DNA of 64,000 nt from Methanotrichaceae archaeon (GCA_963803145.1 CAWDLW010000008.1:416001-480000); one strand, 5' to 3'; shown: positions 39,096-50,867, counted from the stretch's first letter. The notes: a model not told the origin generated them from the letters alone. Numbers and translations are program-made.

Positions 39096-40472
39096 CCATG
39101 ACCCCCTCGGACACCCATGAGAATGAAAATGCGCCCTCACATATATCTGGTCTTGGCCCATATATCAATGATGAGATAGGCAATAAAGGGCGATTTGAAG
39201 TTGGAGGGATCGACGCATCCCCGCTGTACTAAACTGCACCTAGCAACTCTTAGAACCCATGAATGTCGCCAATGCATAGCACATGGATCATTTGATAAAC
39301 CATCTATCTACGAGCTAAGAACCTTTTCAACCATGACATCAGACCTTGAAGCTCTGAAGTCGTGGCTAAAAAGATATGAAGTAACTGCAATTGCGATGGA
39401 AAGCACCGGAGTCTATTGGAAACCGATCTTCAACATAATGGGAGGATGAATTCGGCATACTCCTAGCCCATCCTCAGCATATCAAATCCCTCCGCAGAAA
39501 CAAGACCGATATCAAGGATTGCAAATGGATTGCCGATTTGCTCAGGCATGGATTGGTTCCAAGGAGCTTCATACCACCAAAAAGGGATCCGAGAGCTGCG
39601 AGACCTTAACCGGACTCGAAGAAAGCTTATTGGAATGATGGCATCAGAGAAGAACCGAGTAATTAAGGTATTAGAGGATGCTAATATTAAACTCAGCTCT
39701 GTCGTTACCAAGATCTATGGGGTCTCTTCCTTGAACATGATCCAAGCTCTGCTGGAAAAGGACAATCTTTCAAGAGAGGAAATCGCTGATATGGCGAAAG
39801 GCAAGCTTAAAAAGAAAACCGATCTCCTCGTGAAAGCTCTTGATGGAAGGGTCACTGATCATCACAGGTTCCTATTGAGATTGCATCTGGATAACATCGA
39901 ATATCTTTCTTGCCAGATAGGAAAGATTGACGAAGAGATTCAGCATAAGATGGCCCCTTTTCAAGAAAAGTCGAAGGTGACCTAGACGATTCCAGGAATC
40001 AGTGAAATCAATGCGTAAGCGATCCTGGCAGAGATTGGTATTGATATGTCACAGTTTCCGGACGAAGCGCATCTGTCCGCCTGGGCTGGTATATGCCCTG
40101 GAATCCATGAGAGCGCAGGTAAAAAGAAAAGTGGTAAAACACAAAAAGGCAACTCTTTTCTCAAGGGAACCTTGATCGAAGCTGCATGGGCCGAATCTAG
40201 AACCAAGGGTTCTGCTTATAGCGCCATCTATCATAATATCGCTAGACGCAGAGGAAGAAAGAGAGCTCTTGCGGCCGTTGCACATCGCTTGCTCATTGAT
40301 AGTTATCGCATCCTTAAGACAGGAGAGCCTTATCAGGAAATAGGAGCTGAAGTGGTTTACGAGAGATCAATAAAGAGAAGAGAGAAATCGATGATTAGAT
40401 CGCTCGAGCTTGTTGGATATACTATTACAGAGGCAGTTATTGCATAGAGGATATGAGTCATTTTCATATCAA
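39096..40472 (+). mobile_element. IS110 family element with decayed transposase (ends approximate)
   Basis: AMESTGVYWKP, KTDIKD, AWAGICPGIHESAGK, ALAAVAHRLL spread over several frames with stops. Confidence 0.85.
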
Positions 40473-40556
40473 TCAAAGGAATTGGATAATATGTTATTTT
40501 AATTATATGATATTTTAATAGTGTCCAAATAATGAAAAAGAGGCTATTACACATTT

Positions 40557-41552
40557 ATGGAAACTTATAAAAACAAAGGCAAAAGACAACCATCACGCGT
40601 ATCGGTCATATGCACAGTAAAGAATGAAGAAGAAAATATTAAGAGCTTTTTAGACTCTCTTATTAATCAATCTAGGATACCGGATGAGATAGTGATTGTT
40701 GATGGAGGTTCAACAGATAGGACGATAGAGTTATTAAACGTTGAAGTTGATAAACACAATATGATAAAATTATTTGTGGAGGAAAAGGCGAATATTGCTA
40801 AAGGTCGAAACATTGCAATAAATATTGCAAAACATGAGATAATAGCAGTGACTGATGCGGGATGTATTCTTGACAGAAATTGGCTAAGGAATATAATACT
40901 CCCTTTAGAAAACGATAACTCGATCGATATTGTCTCAGGATGGTATGAAAAGGCTCCAGGAACTAAATTTCAACAATTGGTAGCCAGTTTAACATATTAT
41001 TCATTAGATAAAATTTTAAAAGATCCAGACAAGTTTCTTCCATCAAGCAGATCAATTGCCTTTAGGAAAAATGCTTGGGCTGAAGTACGAGGATATCCTG
41101 AGCATCTCAAAACCGCTGAAGATACGTTATTTGATATAAATTTAAAAAAACTTGGCAAAAATTTTTATTTCGCTCCCAATGCGATCGTTTATTGGATTCC
41201 TAGCACCAATCTTAAAAATTTATTTACAAAACACTATAATTATAGTTTAGGAGATGGCACCGCAGGATTGTTTCCTTTTGCTTATTTTTTGTCAATTCAC
41301 TTGCCTTTTTTTATAATTTTGGTTTTAAGTATTATAGGTTTTTTTGACAATAATTTTCGGGAAATACTTTTCCTATTTTTGATAGCATATCTTATCTCTT
41401 ATCTCTATATTCATAACTTCAAAGCTTTTAAAGTTACGGATTCATCTACTATTACTCTGATAATATTAACTGTTTGTATCGCTAAATTTTTGGGCTATTC
41501 TGAAGGCGTGTTAAGAAGATATCTTATGGCTATTAAAGGATATTTGTTATGA
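40557..41552 (+). CDS. GT2 glycosyltransferase
   Basis: VKNEE, VDGGSTD, TDAG, AED; C-terminal TM helices. Confidence 0.9.
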   Translation: METYKNKGKRQPSRVSVICTVKNEEENIKSFLDSLINQSRIPDEIVIVDGGSTDRTIELLNVEVDKHNMIKLFVEEKANIAKGRNIAINIAKHEIIAVTDAGCILDRNWLRNIILPLENDNSIDIVSGWYEKAPGTKFQQLVASLTYYSLDKILKDPDKFLPSSRSIAFRKNAWAEVRGYPEHLKTAEDTLFDINLKKLGKNFYFAPNAIVYWIPSTNLKNLFTKHYNYSLGDGTAGLFPFAYFLSIHLPFFIILVLSIIGFFDNNFREILFLFLIAYLISYLYIHNFKAFKVTDSSTITLIILTVCIAKFLGYSEGVLRRYLMAIKGYLL

Positions 41553-42775
41553 GAGAAAAAATAAAAGTTGCATATGTGATGCCTCATGCATATGAATATT
41601 ATTACCCTAAAGAAGTTAGTAATTTTACATCACCTGATGAGTTTGATAAGAAAATATTATGCTATAAAGAAGACTATGAAGATAGATATTGTATAGCATC
41701 ACTTTTAGCCAATATAGACCCTACATTATATTATTTTTCGAATTTAGGGAAGAAGCCATCAGAATTTATGCATAATAAAGGTTATAAGATGAAAAAGGTG
41801 CCAGTTCCCTATAAATTTGGCCGATATGGAGCATATGGTTGGGAATTTCCCCTCTCTATGTTAAAGGATCTATCAAATAATAATTTCGATTTAGTTTTTG
41901 TTTTTTCATACGCGCTTAATTATTTGCCCATTATAGATATGTATGATATTATAGCATATAAATGCAGAAAAACTAAAATGCCACTTATAGCCAGAAATGG
42001 AGGTGGGACCGCAAAATTCACATTTAGGGGAGTTCCTTTAGTATACAAACAATTGATAAAAAAAATAACATTGAATTATGCTAATAAAATAATTGTTCCT
42101 AATATAAACGAAATAAAGGTATTACAAGATAATTTTAAGATAGATCGGAATAAGATATTAAATATTCTTAATCCGATAGATTTATCGAATTTTTATGAGA
42201 TAAATAAAACTCACGCCGCAAAAAAATTGAGAAAAGATTCCTCATATAGATATATCTTATACGTCGGAAAGCTTCATAAGCTTAAAGGATTACATCACCT
42301 AATAAACGTATTTTCTAGGTTAATTAAATTATATCCTGATTTGCGATTATTAATAGTGGGCCACGGTCCGTTTGAACAAGAATTACGTAGATTCGTAGCT
42401 GAAAAAAAAATGCAAAATTATGTATCCTTTGAAGGATTAATATTTCATGATATACTTAAATATTATTATAATATTGCTGAAGTACTCGTACTTCCATCTT
42501 ATGGCGAAGGTGTTCCAAATGTGCTACAAGAAGCCATAGCCTGTAAAACGCCTTGTATTAGTACTTGTGTAGGCGGGGTTCCTGATCTGCTCTCAAATAA
42601 TATCGGGATCATAATACCGCCAAAGGATGAAACAGAGCTTTTAAGGTCTTTAATTGAAATATTAGATGGCAATTTCCATATAAACGAAAAAAAAAGAATT
42701 GAATTATTACATAAGTGGGATATAAATTCTTTTGGATATGTGCTGAGAGATATTTATGAAGAAATATTATTTTGA
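41549..42775 (+). CDS. GT4 glycosyltransferase
   Basis: LPSYGEGVPNVLQEAIAC. Confidence 0.9.
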   Translation: MREKIKVAYVMPHAYEYYYPKEVSNFTSPDEFDKKILCYKEDYEDRYCIASLLANIDPTLYYFSNLGKKPSEFMHNKGYKMKKVPVPYKFGRYGAYGWEFPLSMLKDLSNNNFDLVFVFSYALNYLPIIDMYDIIAYKCRKTKMPLIARNGGGTAKFTFRGVPLVYKQLIKKITLNYANKIIVPNINEIKVLQDNFKIDRNKILNILNPIDLSNFYEINKTHAAKKLRKDSSYRYILYVGKLHKLKGLHHLINVFSRLIKLYPDLRLLIVGHGPFEQELRRFVAEKKMQNYVSFEGLIFHDILKYYYNIAEVLVLPSYGEGVPNVLQEAIACKTPCISTCVGGVPDLLSNNIGIIIPPKDETELLRSLIEILDGNFHINEKKRIELLHKWDINSFGYVLRDIYEEILF

Positions 42776-44690
42776 ATTTATAGACGAGTTTGTAAATCTC
42801 ATAATAAAACTAACTAGGTCTAAGCTTTATGAACTAGACAAAAGAATTGCATTTATTGGTATTATCACTTCTGTTTTATTAATAATAGCAAGTATAAAAA
42901 TTGATCGGATAATGCTAGCTTTATCAGCCGTTTTCATGTTTATAATTTGTTCCTATTGGCTGTCTATTAGAGGAAAAGCAAAAGACGAATTAAACGTAAC
43001 GTTTAGCAGATCCATTCATTTGTTATTATCATCTATTTTCTTTTTATTGCTAACAGTCAACATACTGATCCTGTATGAAAGGCCTAATATTTATGAACGG
43101 CCCCTTTCTTGTTTTATAATAATAGCAATAATGTCCGGCATTGTAGCCTGCGATATTATATTTTCAGAATATCTTAATCCTTTTTTTGTTCTCTCCAAGA
43201 TCATAATAATAGCTTTAAGTATTTCATGGTCTCAACAAACATTATTTCCCGATCTACTTGGTATCGATCCTTGGTGGCATCGAATGTTTACCACGAATAT
43301 TTTATATTTGGGTTTTATACCAAAGGGATATTCCTATTCCTACCTTCCAATTTTTCATATTTTCATTGCATCAACTATGCTATTTACAAATCTTCAATAT
43401 AAACTAGCATCAATATTCTCCGTTGGACTAAGCCAAGTAATTCTTGATTGTGCTTTTATATATTTAATTGGAGAATATTTATCATATAAAGCTATTATAA
43501 ATCGTAAAATTAGCTTATTAGCACCTCTTTTTCTAGCCTCGACTAGCTATCATATCTATATGAACAATTGGTTGATCCCTAATACATTAGGAGGCGTTAT
43601 TATTGTTATTGTTATATTTTTTATTTATAAACTTAATTTAAAAGCTGAATATTATTTAAGCATATTATTGTTGATATTTTCAGGGCTACTTATCTGGACC
43701 CACACAATAAGCGCTCTTGCATTATCAATTATTCTTGCCACGATGTATATATCTTCTATATTTTATAATTTTCTTTATAATGATTCGAACGATAAAACCG
43801 TAATTAACCTATCTTTTGTCATTCTTTTTTTAATCTCAATGATGGGGTGGTGGACCTATGCTACGGGCCACATAGTTATGTTAGCAGAATTGCTTAAATG
43901 GGGCTTTAGTGTAGATTATTTTAATAATGCAACCAATACGCCAAAAGAAATAATTGCTGCATATGTAAATCGCGTTCCTCTTAAAGAAGAGTTATTTACA
44001 AATATGGGAATACTCTTATACTTTTCTCTTTCTATTCTAGGGTTTTTTTATATCCTTCTTAAAAGAAATGAAACATTATCCACATTCGCTACCATTGCGA
44101 TGATACCATTGATTATAACGTACATATCTCAATATCTGCAACTGGCAACAATTGAAGTAAGATGGTGGTATGTAGCCGAGATATTATTAAGTATACCTGT
44201 CGCTATCACATCAATTGTTATTTTTGAGCGATATAAATCAAATGGAAAAGCATTTCTAGCTTTTTTTATTTTTGCGTTTATAATTATAATAACGCTTATA
44301 ATGATCCTAAATCCAGATGCAAACATAGATAACAATTATTTCACTCCGAATACTGGTATGCGTTATGCATTATCAGAATCAGAAATTTCATCTATAGAAA
44401 TGGTATCGAAGTTATGGCATATGGGCATATTCTCCGATGAATTCATCACCGGCGATCTTAAATGGGAGGGTTATGACATAAAGCCTTTTTGTAACGAAAT
44501 TTATAAAAGAAATTTATCTGAATTGAAGGATGGATTTGTTTTAATTAGATCCGACATTATAGGCAAGCAATTTAAAGTGTTTTCAACAATAATTAGATTG
44601 AATTACAATATAATATATGAGCTTGATAACTTGACCTTCTCTAAAGTTTATGATTGTAAAAGCGTTTCGGGTTTCATAAAAGCTACCTAG
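42756..44690 (+). CDS. Multi-pass membrane protein (GT-C/polymerase-like)
   Basis: 644 aa, many TM segments, IDPWWH luminal motif; glycan-cluster context. Confidence 0.6.
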   Translation: MKKYYFEFIDEFVNLIIKLTRSKLYELDKRIAFIGIITSVLLIIASIKIDRIMLALSAVFMFIICSYWLSIRGKAKDELNVTFSRSIHLLLSSIFFLLLTVNILILYERPNIYERPLSCFIIIAIMSGIVACDIIFSEYLNPFFVLSKIIIIALSISWSQQTLFPDLLGIDPWWHRMFTTNILYLGFIPKGYSYSYLPIFHIFIASTMLFTNLQYKLASIFSVGLSQVILDCAFIYLIGEYLSYKAIINRKISLLAPLFLASTSYHIYMNNWLIPNTLGGVIIVIVIFFIYKLNLKAEYYLSILLLIFSGLLIWTHTISALALSIILATMYISSIFYNFLYNDSNDKTVINLSFVILFLISMMGWWTYATGHIVMLAELLKWGFSVDYFNNATNTPKEIIAAYVNRVPLKEELFTNMGILLYFSLSILGFFYILLKRNETLSTFATIAMIPLIITYISQYLQLATIEVRWWYVAEILLSIPVAITSIVIFERYKSNGKAFLAFFIFAFIIIITLIMILNPDANIDNNYFTPNTGMRYALSESEISSIEMVSKLWHMGIFSDEFITGDLKWEGYDIKPFCNEIYKRNLSELKDGFVLIRSDIIGKQFKVFSTIIRLNYNIIYELDNLTFSKVYDCKSVSGFIKAT

Positions 44691-44702
44691 AGGTTAGATG
44701 AT

Positions 44703-45869
44703 ATGGGAATAAAAAGAATGAAAGTATGCTTTTTTATAGGCGATACAAATTTTCCTACTATTGGGGGCTATGAAAATTTAGTGTACTCTTTATCTGAGGC
44801 TTTATCGAAATATATCGATATTTATATTATATGTTCGAAAGTGGATAAAAATATACCATTACCACCAGGCGTCGTTGCTGATAGCTCCATATTTTCGAAT
44901 AGGCTTAAGATAAAATATATTTCATTTCCAATTGATCTGATTCTAATACAATTAAAGTTTTTATCTTTATGCATAAAAGAAAAATTTGATATAATCCATG
45001 CGCATCCTTCCTATCCCAGTGGTTTTTATGCCATTTCATCAAAGCTTTTAGGGTTACCATTAATCTGCACTTCACATGGAGCGGATATTCAAATAAACTC
45101 TGAAATTGGCTATGGATCAAGGCTTAACTTAATTAACCGTTTATTAATTAAATTAACACTAAAGCTTGCAGACATTCATACTATCGTAAGCAAAAGCATG
45201 TATAACGATGCAATAGAGGCAGGCTCATCTCCATCTAAAATAAAGGTTATTTACAATGGAATAAACTTGAAGCAAATACCGGAAAGTTATGCCACAGATA
45301 TTATAAAAGATTTAAGTTTATCGGAAGATAAATTTATTATATTATTTTTAGGAAGGCTACATATTAAGAAGTGTCCTGATGATCTATTGAAGGCTTTTTC
45401 TTATGTCATAAGGAGAATACCTAATTCCAAGCTGGTTTTTGCAGGAGCAGGAGATGAATTTGTAAAGTTAAAGAAAATAGCTAAAGAATTAGCGATCGAA
45501 AAGAATGTAATTTTCGCTGGATTTGTATCTGAAAAGGAAAAATGGGATTTAATTAAAAGATGCGACGTCTTTGTATTACCTTCTATAATAGAAGGATTTG
45601 CTATTACAATTATGGAAGTGATGGCCTGTGGTAAACCAGTAATTGCAACAAATATAGAGCCTTTCTCTGAAATTATCACCAATGGAAAGACAGGATTATT
45701 AGTTCCAATCCATTCTCCTGAGGCGTTATCGATTGCAATAATAGATATTGCTAATAACAATAAAAGAAAAGTTGAGATTGGAGATTGTGCTAGGGAAACC
45801 ATAAAAAAGAATTTTGATATTCGACAAATTGCACTCACATATTTATCATTATATAAAAATCTGATATAA
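44703..45869 (+). CDS. GT4 glycosyltransferase
   Basis: HGADI, LPSIIEGFAITIMEVMACGKPVI. Confidence 0.9.
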   Translation: MGIKRMKVCFFIGDTNFPTIGGYENLVYSLSEALSKYIDIYIICSKVDKNIPLPPGVVADSSIFSNRLKIKYISFPIDLILIQLKFLSLCIKEKFDIIHAHPSYPSGFYAISSKLLGLPLICTSHGADIQINSEIGYGSRLNLINRLLIKLTLKLADIHTIVSKSMYNDAIEAGSSPSKIKVIYNGINLKQIPESYATDIIKDLSLSEDKFIILFLGRLHIKKCPDDLLKAFSYVIRRIPNSKLVFAGAGDEFVKLKKIAKELAIEKNVIFAGFVSEKEKWDLIKRCDVFVLPSIIEGFAITIMEVMACGKPVIATNIEPFSEIITNGKTGLLVPIHSPEALSIAIIDIANNNKRKVEIGDCARETIKKNFDIRQIALTYLSLYKNLI

Positions 45870-45892
45870 TAAAGTCGAAGGAGAGATATAGA

Positions 45893-47188
45893 ATGTTAAA
45901 GAATTATATATTGTTCATAAAACATTCTTTAAGCGAGAGTTTGTATTTAAATGCAATTTATTTAATTATTGATTCAAACATTAACACGATATTAGGATTT
46001 ATTTTCGCTATTTTGCTAACCCATAGATTTTCAGTAGGTGATGTAGGCTTTTATTCTGCAATAGTATCAGCTGCGGGACTATTGGCAGTTGCCTCTCGAT
46101 TAGGATTCGATGTTTCCTTAATTCGATTTTTGCCTATCTCAAATAACCCTGCAATCATAATAAATACTTGTTTTACTATCGGCGGTTTCACATCTATAAT
46201 AATTTCATTATTTTTTCTATATGGATTGGAATATTGGTCGCCAGCTCTTTTATTCATCCGTAAAGATCTGATACTTTCAATCTTATTTATTTTGATAACA
46301 TTAGTTTCTTTAATATATGGGCTATGTTCTAATATTTTGGTAAGTAGAAGGTTTTCAAAGTGTATAATGATACAAGATTCAATAAATAATATCGTTAAGA
46401 TTTCGGTTATCTATTTAGTAACATCTCTTAAACTTCTCGGTCTAATAGGCACATACACTTTCGCATTATTTATTGGTTTAATTATAGCACTGATATTTGT
46501 AAAAAAATCAAACGAAGATTATAAATTCGGCCTAATGGTTGATAAAGAAGTAATAAAAAAGATAAGTAAATACTCATCTTTAAATTATTTTATATCTTTA
46601 CTTACTACCGGCCAATCATTAATTCTACCATTACTAGTTATAAACGTTTTAGGAAGCGAAGAGGCAGCTTATTTTTATATCGCCTGGGGCATATCTCAAG
46701 TAGTTTTCGTGAGCCATGGAGCAATTTCTACTTCTCTTTTCGCAGAGGGGTCAAACGATCCTAAAAATGCTTATAAGAGTGCCATAAAATCTCTTAAATT
46801 TGTCTACTTACTATTAGTACCGATATCTATTTTTATATACTTTTTTGGTCATACAATCCTAAATTTTTTCGGAAAAAGTTATGGAGAAAATGCCTTAAAT
46901 TTGTTATATCTTTTCACATTATCTTCATTTCCATATGGTTTTCTTGAAGTGTTTATAAATTTAAAAAAGATAGAGAGAGATCTTTTCATGATGAATTTCT
47001 GTTCTATATTATCTGTTGGCAGTGTATTAATATTAAGCTATTTTTTGATGAAATCGGTCGGCCTAATTGGTGTTGGATTAGGATGGCTAATCGCCAAACT
47101 TCTAACTGCAATAGTTATTTTCATTTATATTATTTCAAAAAATCATATTAATAAAAATAAGATGGTCGCTGTTAGCAATTTCCACTAA
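45893..47188 (+). CDS. Wzx-like oligosaccharide flippase
   Basis: About 12 TM segments, LGFDVSLIRFL, AAYFYIAW. Confidence 0.85.
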   Translation: MLKNYILFIKHSLSESLYLNAIYLIIDSNINTILGFIFAILLTHRFSVGDVGFYSAIVSAAGLLAVASRLGFDVSLIRFLPISNNPAIIINTCFTIGGFTSIIISLFFLYGLEYWSPALLFIRKDLILSILFILITLVSLIYGLCSNILVSRRFSKCIMIQDSINNIVKISVIYLVTSLKLLGLIGTYTFALFIGLIIALIFVKKSNEDYKFGLMVDKEVIKKISKYSSLNYFISLLTTGQSLILPLLVINVLGSEEAAYFYIAWGISQVVFVSHGAISTSLFAEGSNDPKNAYKSAIKSLKFVYLLLVPISIFIYFFGHTILNFFGKSYGENALNLLYLFTLSSFPYGFLEVFINLKKIERDLFMMNFCSILSVGSVLILSYFLMKSVGLIGVGLGWLIAKLLTAIVIFIYIISKNHINKNKMVAVSNFH

Positions 47189-48506
47189 AATCAATAACAT
47201 AAATCACATTTCTCACTGCATCTGTGATACCTTCTGAATACAATTTCAAAATTGATTTGTTTTTAGGAATAAATTTCTCAATTTCTTGTGAGGAAGGTAT
47301 TCTTTTCTTCCTTAAAGGATAGCTATCCCAATCTTTGGAATTACGATTATGTTCGATAATCATTACTCTATCTGCATATTCTGGCAATATATAAATTAAT
47401 TTTTCGAAATAATCTTTTGTTACTCCTTCGCTCATTAATATATGCAATATGATTGTATTAGATTTAATTGGATGATCCAAAAATTGTTTATAAGTAACTG
47501 CTTTTCTTTTTAATTCGTAAAAGCCCCAGTTGTTTCTATGTGTAATTTCTACGATTTTTCCCTTTAAATATGGTCTAATCGTCATCAAAAGCATGTTATG
47601 GGGATTTCTTAATTTATCATATCTATGGAGTTTCCGATATATATATCTAATTGGTTTTTTATAATTAGGTATAAAGTATTCTAATTGATAATTTCCGTTA
47701 CCAAGAAAATATATTCCATCGTAAACAGTGATGGCAGAAATTTTCTGTTTTTCATTCATCATTCTTATACAAAATTCGTTCCATTCTTCACCGAAGAATC
47801 TATTAATGTTTGATGTATATATTATTATGTCTTTATCTTCATGTTCTATTTCTAGATCGAACAAATTTTTTACAATTAATTTTGCTCCCTTTAGCGAATT
47901 TTTAACTCTATTATATGAATCGTCTGATGACAACCATCCCAATCCATAATGTAGGGTATTAATATTTTCGCGATCAGGCTTATTAGTTTCAACTGGTATA
48001 TCCAACGATTTAGGAAACATCGGGAAGATCTTTTTGCAATATTTATAATTTAGATTACTTGGATTTTTATATATATCTCCGAATATATGATTGAAAAGTT
48101 GCTCATTTTCCTCATCTATTTTGATATATGTCTCTTCAAAAATATCTGCCGAAGGAGGAGAATCCAAATACAAATACTGGTTCTTTATGCTTATCTTACC
48201 CAACAATTTGCGACTAAAGAATCTTTCTAAAAAATCTTCTCTTGTGTCGCTTATTGATATCATATTAAAAAATAATTTTGCATAGTCAACCGCAGCTGGG
48301 TTTATATCATAAAAAATTGTTTCTTTAGGATTAATTACATTTAAATAATTTAACCCAGCTAGCCCCCCAATTACGCAGTAAAAATAATCTAATTTTCTCT
48401 GATCATATTTTAATTTTACTAATAATTTAATATTTTCTTCAGTTTTTAAAAAAATGTCAGCGCTAGCGATATATATTTCCTTGCTGTCCGTGAATATATT
48501 ATCCAT
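47172..48506 (-). CDS. Hypothetical protein (possible methyltransferase-like fold)
   Basis: 444-aa ORF coupled to neighbours; VIGGLAGLN...FYDINP resembles SAM-binding motifs I/II. Confidence 0.5.
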   Translation of the reverse strand: MDNIFTDSKEIYIASADIFLKTEENIKLLVKLKYDQRKLDYFYCVIGGLAGLNYLNVINPKETIFYDINPAAVDYAKLFFNMISISDTREDFLERFFSRKLLGKISIKNQYLYLDSPPSADIFEETYIKIDEENEQLFNHIFGDIYKNPSNLNYKYCKKIFPMFPKSLDIPVETNKPDRENINTLHYGLGWLSSDDSYNRVKNSLKGAKLIVKNLFDLEIEHEDKDIIIYTSNINRFFGEEWNEFCIRMMNEKQKISAITVYDGIYFLGNGNYQLEYFIPNYKKPIRYIYRKLHRYDKLRNPHNMLLMTIRPYLKGKIVEITHRNNWGFYELKRKAVTYKQFLDHPIKSNTIILHILMSEGVTKDYFEKLIYILPEYADRVMIIEHNRNSKDWDSYPLRKKRIPSSQEIEKFIPKNKSILKLYSEGITDAVRNVIYVIDFSGNC

Positions 48507-48508
48507 GC

Positions 48509-49732
48509 TTAACCTCTTTTAGCGAAAGTAGCCCTAATGCCTTTTTCTAAATTAAATATTAATCTATCGCCATCATAAAATTTGATTCTATCATCCGGAA
48601 TATTCATTATTTCACAATTGTTTAAAAAAACACTCACTCCATTCATATCTGTTTTTGGAGAAATAATGCTGATGATGTTTTTATCTTCTTTGATAATTAG
48701 ATCATTTCTTGCTGAAATCCACTTTATTAAGTGACCTAACTTACATTTCCAAACATTCTTTTTGTTGATAAAATCTATTATTTTAGTTAGATATTTATAT
48801 TGCTCCGCTTGAGTTATCTCTTCATCCCAATCATAAAAATATTCCCAATAATGTGTTAATAATATAAAATGGCTTCTATTTCTTTCTCGTTCTTCCCAAA
48901 TAAGCTTAAATTGGTTAAACCAGTACTCGGACATTCCATTATCTATAAATCGGTTCCAATAATGCCTAAATGTAGCAGGAATCATAATAATATCAGAGCC
49001 AAACAAATGCTTGTTATCATCCATATTCTTTGTTCGATTAAAGAATTCATTGATATAAGTTCGTAGTAGATTGCTGTAATTTATATGGTCTAAGGGAATT
49101 ATATTAAGAATATTTCCTCCTAAACCACCACAATAATTTTGCTTATTTCTCCATATTGCAATCCACAAACTCTTGGTTAATAGCTCCTGGGGTGCCACAA
49201 AAGTTTCTATTGCCGTGTCAAAACATTGTTCTAATAGAAGCTTACCTTCTGTTACCCTTTTTATTGTGTCTACTTCATTTAGATTAATAAACTCAGATGT
49301 TCTCAAAGGATTAAATGCAGGATTTTGCTTATAGCTAATATTACCTCTTTTAAAATCAAAGTACGGGTCAGGCAGATTAATCATATCTGTATGACTGAAT
49401 CCATGCTGCAATATTTCTATACTTCCACTTGCTATTTTTGTTCTTAAATATTTAGTTAAACAACTGTTTTCGTTTACAGAAAACCACTGATCATTGTTTC
49501 TAAAGGCAGGGGGCACGTTTAATTTATTTACAGCTTTTTGATTCGGGATTACTGCAAAAGACACTTTAAATCCAGCACCCCATATGTTTTTATAGATCAT
49601 CTCTAATCTAGATGGAGGTGTGAAAAAGCTAACATCATCATCTCTGATTGAAAATGCAATATCGTGAAAAAAAGGCCATGGGTTTATTTCAAGAAATTTT
49701 GATTTATTCATGCCCATATTTATTTTCCTCAA
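48509..49732 (-). CDS. DUF2334/polysaccharide deacetylase-like protein
   Basis: IRDDD, FAVIP, LQHGFSH, FVAPQ, THYWE. Confidence 0.78.
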   Translation of the reverse strand: MRKINMGMNKSKFLEINPWPFFHDIAFSIRDDDVSFFTPPSRLEMIYKNIWGAGFKVSFAVIPNQKAVNKLNVPPAFRNNDQWFSVNENSCLTKYLRTKIASGSIEILQHGFSHTDMINLPDPYFDFKRGNISYKQNPAFNPLRTSEFINLNEVDTIKRVTEGKLLLEQCFDTAIETFVAPQELLTKSLWIAIWRNKQNYCGGLGGNILNIIPLDHINYSNLLRTYINEFFNRTKNMDDNKHLFGSDIIMIPATFRHYWNRFIDNGMSEYWFNQFKLIWEERERNRSHFILLTHYWEYFYDWDEEITQAEQYKYLTKIIDFINKKNVWKCKLGHLIKWISARNDLIIKEDKNIISIISPKTDMNGVSVFLNNCEIMNIPDDRIKFYDGDRLIFNLEKGIRATFAKRG

Positions 49733-50867
49733 CTATTTTAACTATATTATCGCCCAGATTATTTTTGCTATAGTGCTCTACTTTATTTCTTGCATTCCTT
49801 CCCATTCTTTTGATTTCCATAGGATTATCGTAGAAATACCTTATGCTATCTTTGATAGCTTTTGCATCCCTAATGGGAATAATAAACCCTTCTTTCCCAT
49901 CTTCAATTACGTCTTTAGCTCCAACGCCCTCCGTAACTATTACAGGTAGACTACATCCCATTGCCTCTAAAACAACCCTTGGAAATGCATCCGCTAAAGA
50001 TGGTAGTATGAATATATCAGATACATTATAAAAATATAAAGGATTATTGATTGAACCTACAGTTGAAAAATTAAGTTTGCTATAATTATCAATTAATCTT
50101 CTATTCTGTATGCCTGCAACTATTAGATTTGATTTTTTTATATCTAATTGTTTCCAAGCCTCAAGTAAATAAGGTACACCTTTAATTAAAGATTTATGGC
50201 CCATGAATAGGCAAGTAAATTCATTTTTCTTAATGTGCTCATTTGTGGTTCGAAAATAATTTAAATCAACTTTACTACCTTTAACAATTTTTATTTTAGT
50301 TCCTTGGATTCCATAATTTTTACAGCTTTCACTTGCTAATGTTGATAATACGATAATTCCATCGCTTTTTTGTAAGGATTTTATTTTATAATTAATCCAA
50401 GATTTATTAGTGAAAATAGAATCATCCTTTATCCCCCAACGCTTTTCTTCCTCTTTAAGGACTCTATATATATGCTCAGGATGTAGTGTTCTATGAAGCA
50501 TATAACATTTTATTTGCTTAGATTTTGCCTTATCAACGCATCTTACAAAACCAGAGTCTGTGAAAAAAAGAGAATCCGTTTCATTAGGTATATTTTTTTT
50601 AGCAAAAAAGTCAAAAATCATTTCATTAAAATATCTTTCGGGAATTTTCCTTGAAATATTCAACCATGATAAATACAATAGATAATTCATTGAATTTAAT
50701 GCTCTAGGTTGACTCTTAACCTTATCTTTTAAATTATCTAGTTTACCCCCATTAAAGGAACATATCACCTTTTCAAGCCATCCTTTTTCTTCAAATTTTT
50801 TAGCTATATGGTACAAATTAGAATTCTTTGACCCTAAATTTTCATATCCTATTAGTGTTATTTTCAT
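49704..50867 (-). CDS. GT4 glycosyltransferase
   Basis: KGVPYLLEAW, PSLADAFPRVVLEAMGC. Confidence 0.9.
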   Translation of the reverse strand: MKITLIGYENLGSKNSNLYHIAKKFEEKGWLEKVICSFNGGKLDNLKDKVKSQPRALNSMNYLLYLSWLNISRKIPERYFNEMIFDFFAKKNIPNETDSLFFTDSGFVRCVDKAKSKQIKCYMLHRTLHPEHIYRVLKEEEKRWGIKDDSIFTNKSWINYKIKSLQKSDGIIVLSTLASESCKNYGIQGTKIKIVKGSKVDLNYFRTTNEHIKKNEFTCLFMGHKSLIKGVPYLLEAWKQLDIKKSNLIVAGIQNRRLIDNYSKLNFSTVGSINNPLYFYNVSDIFILPSLADAFPRVVLEAMGCSLPVIVTEGVGAKDVIEDGKEGFIIPIRDAKAIKDSIRYFYDNPMEIKRMGRNARNKVEHYSKNNLGDNIVKIVEENKYGHE

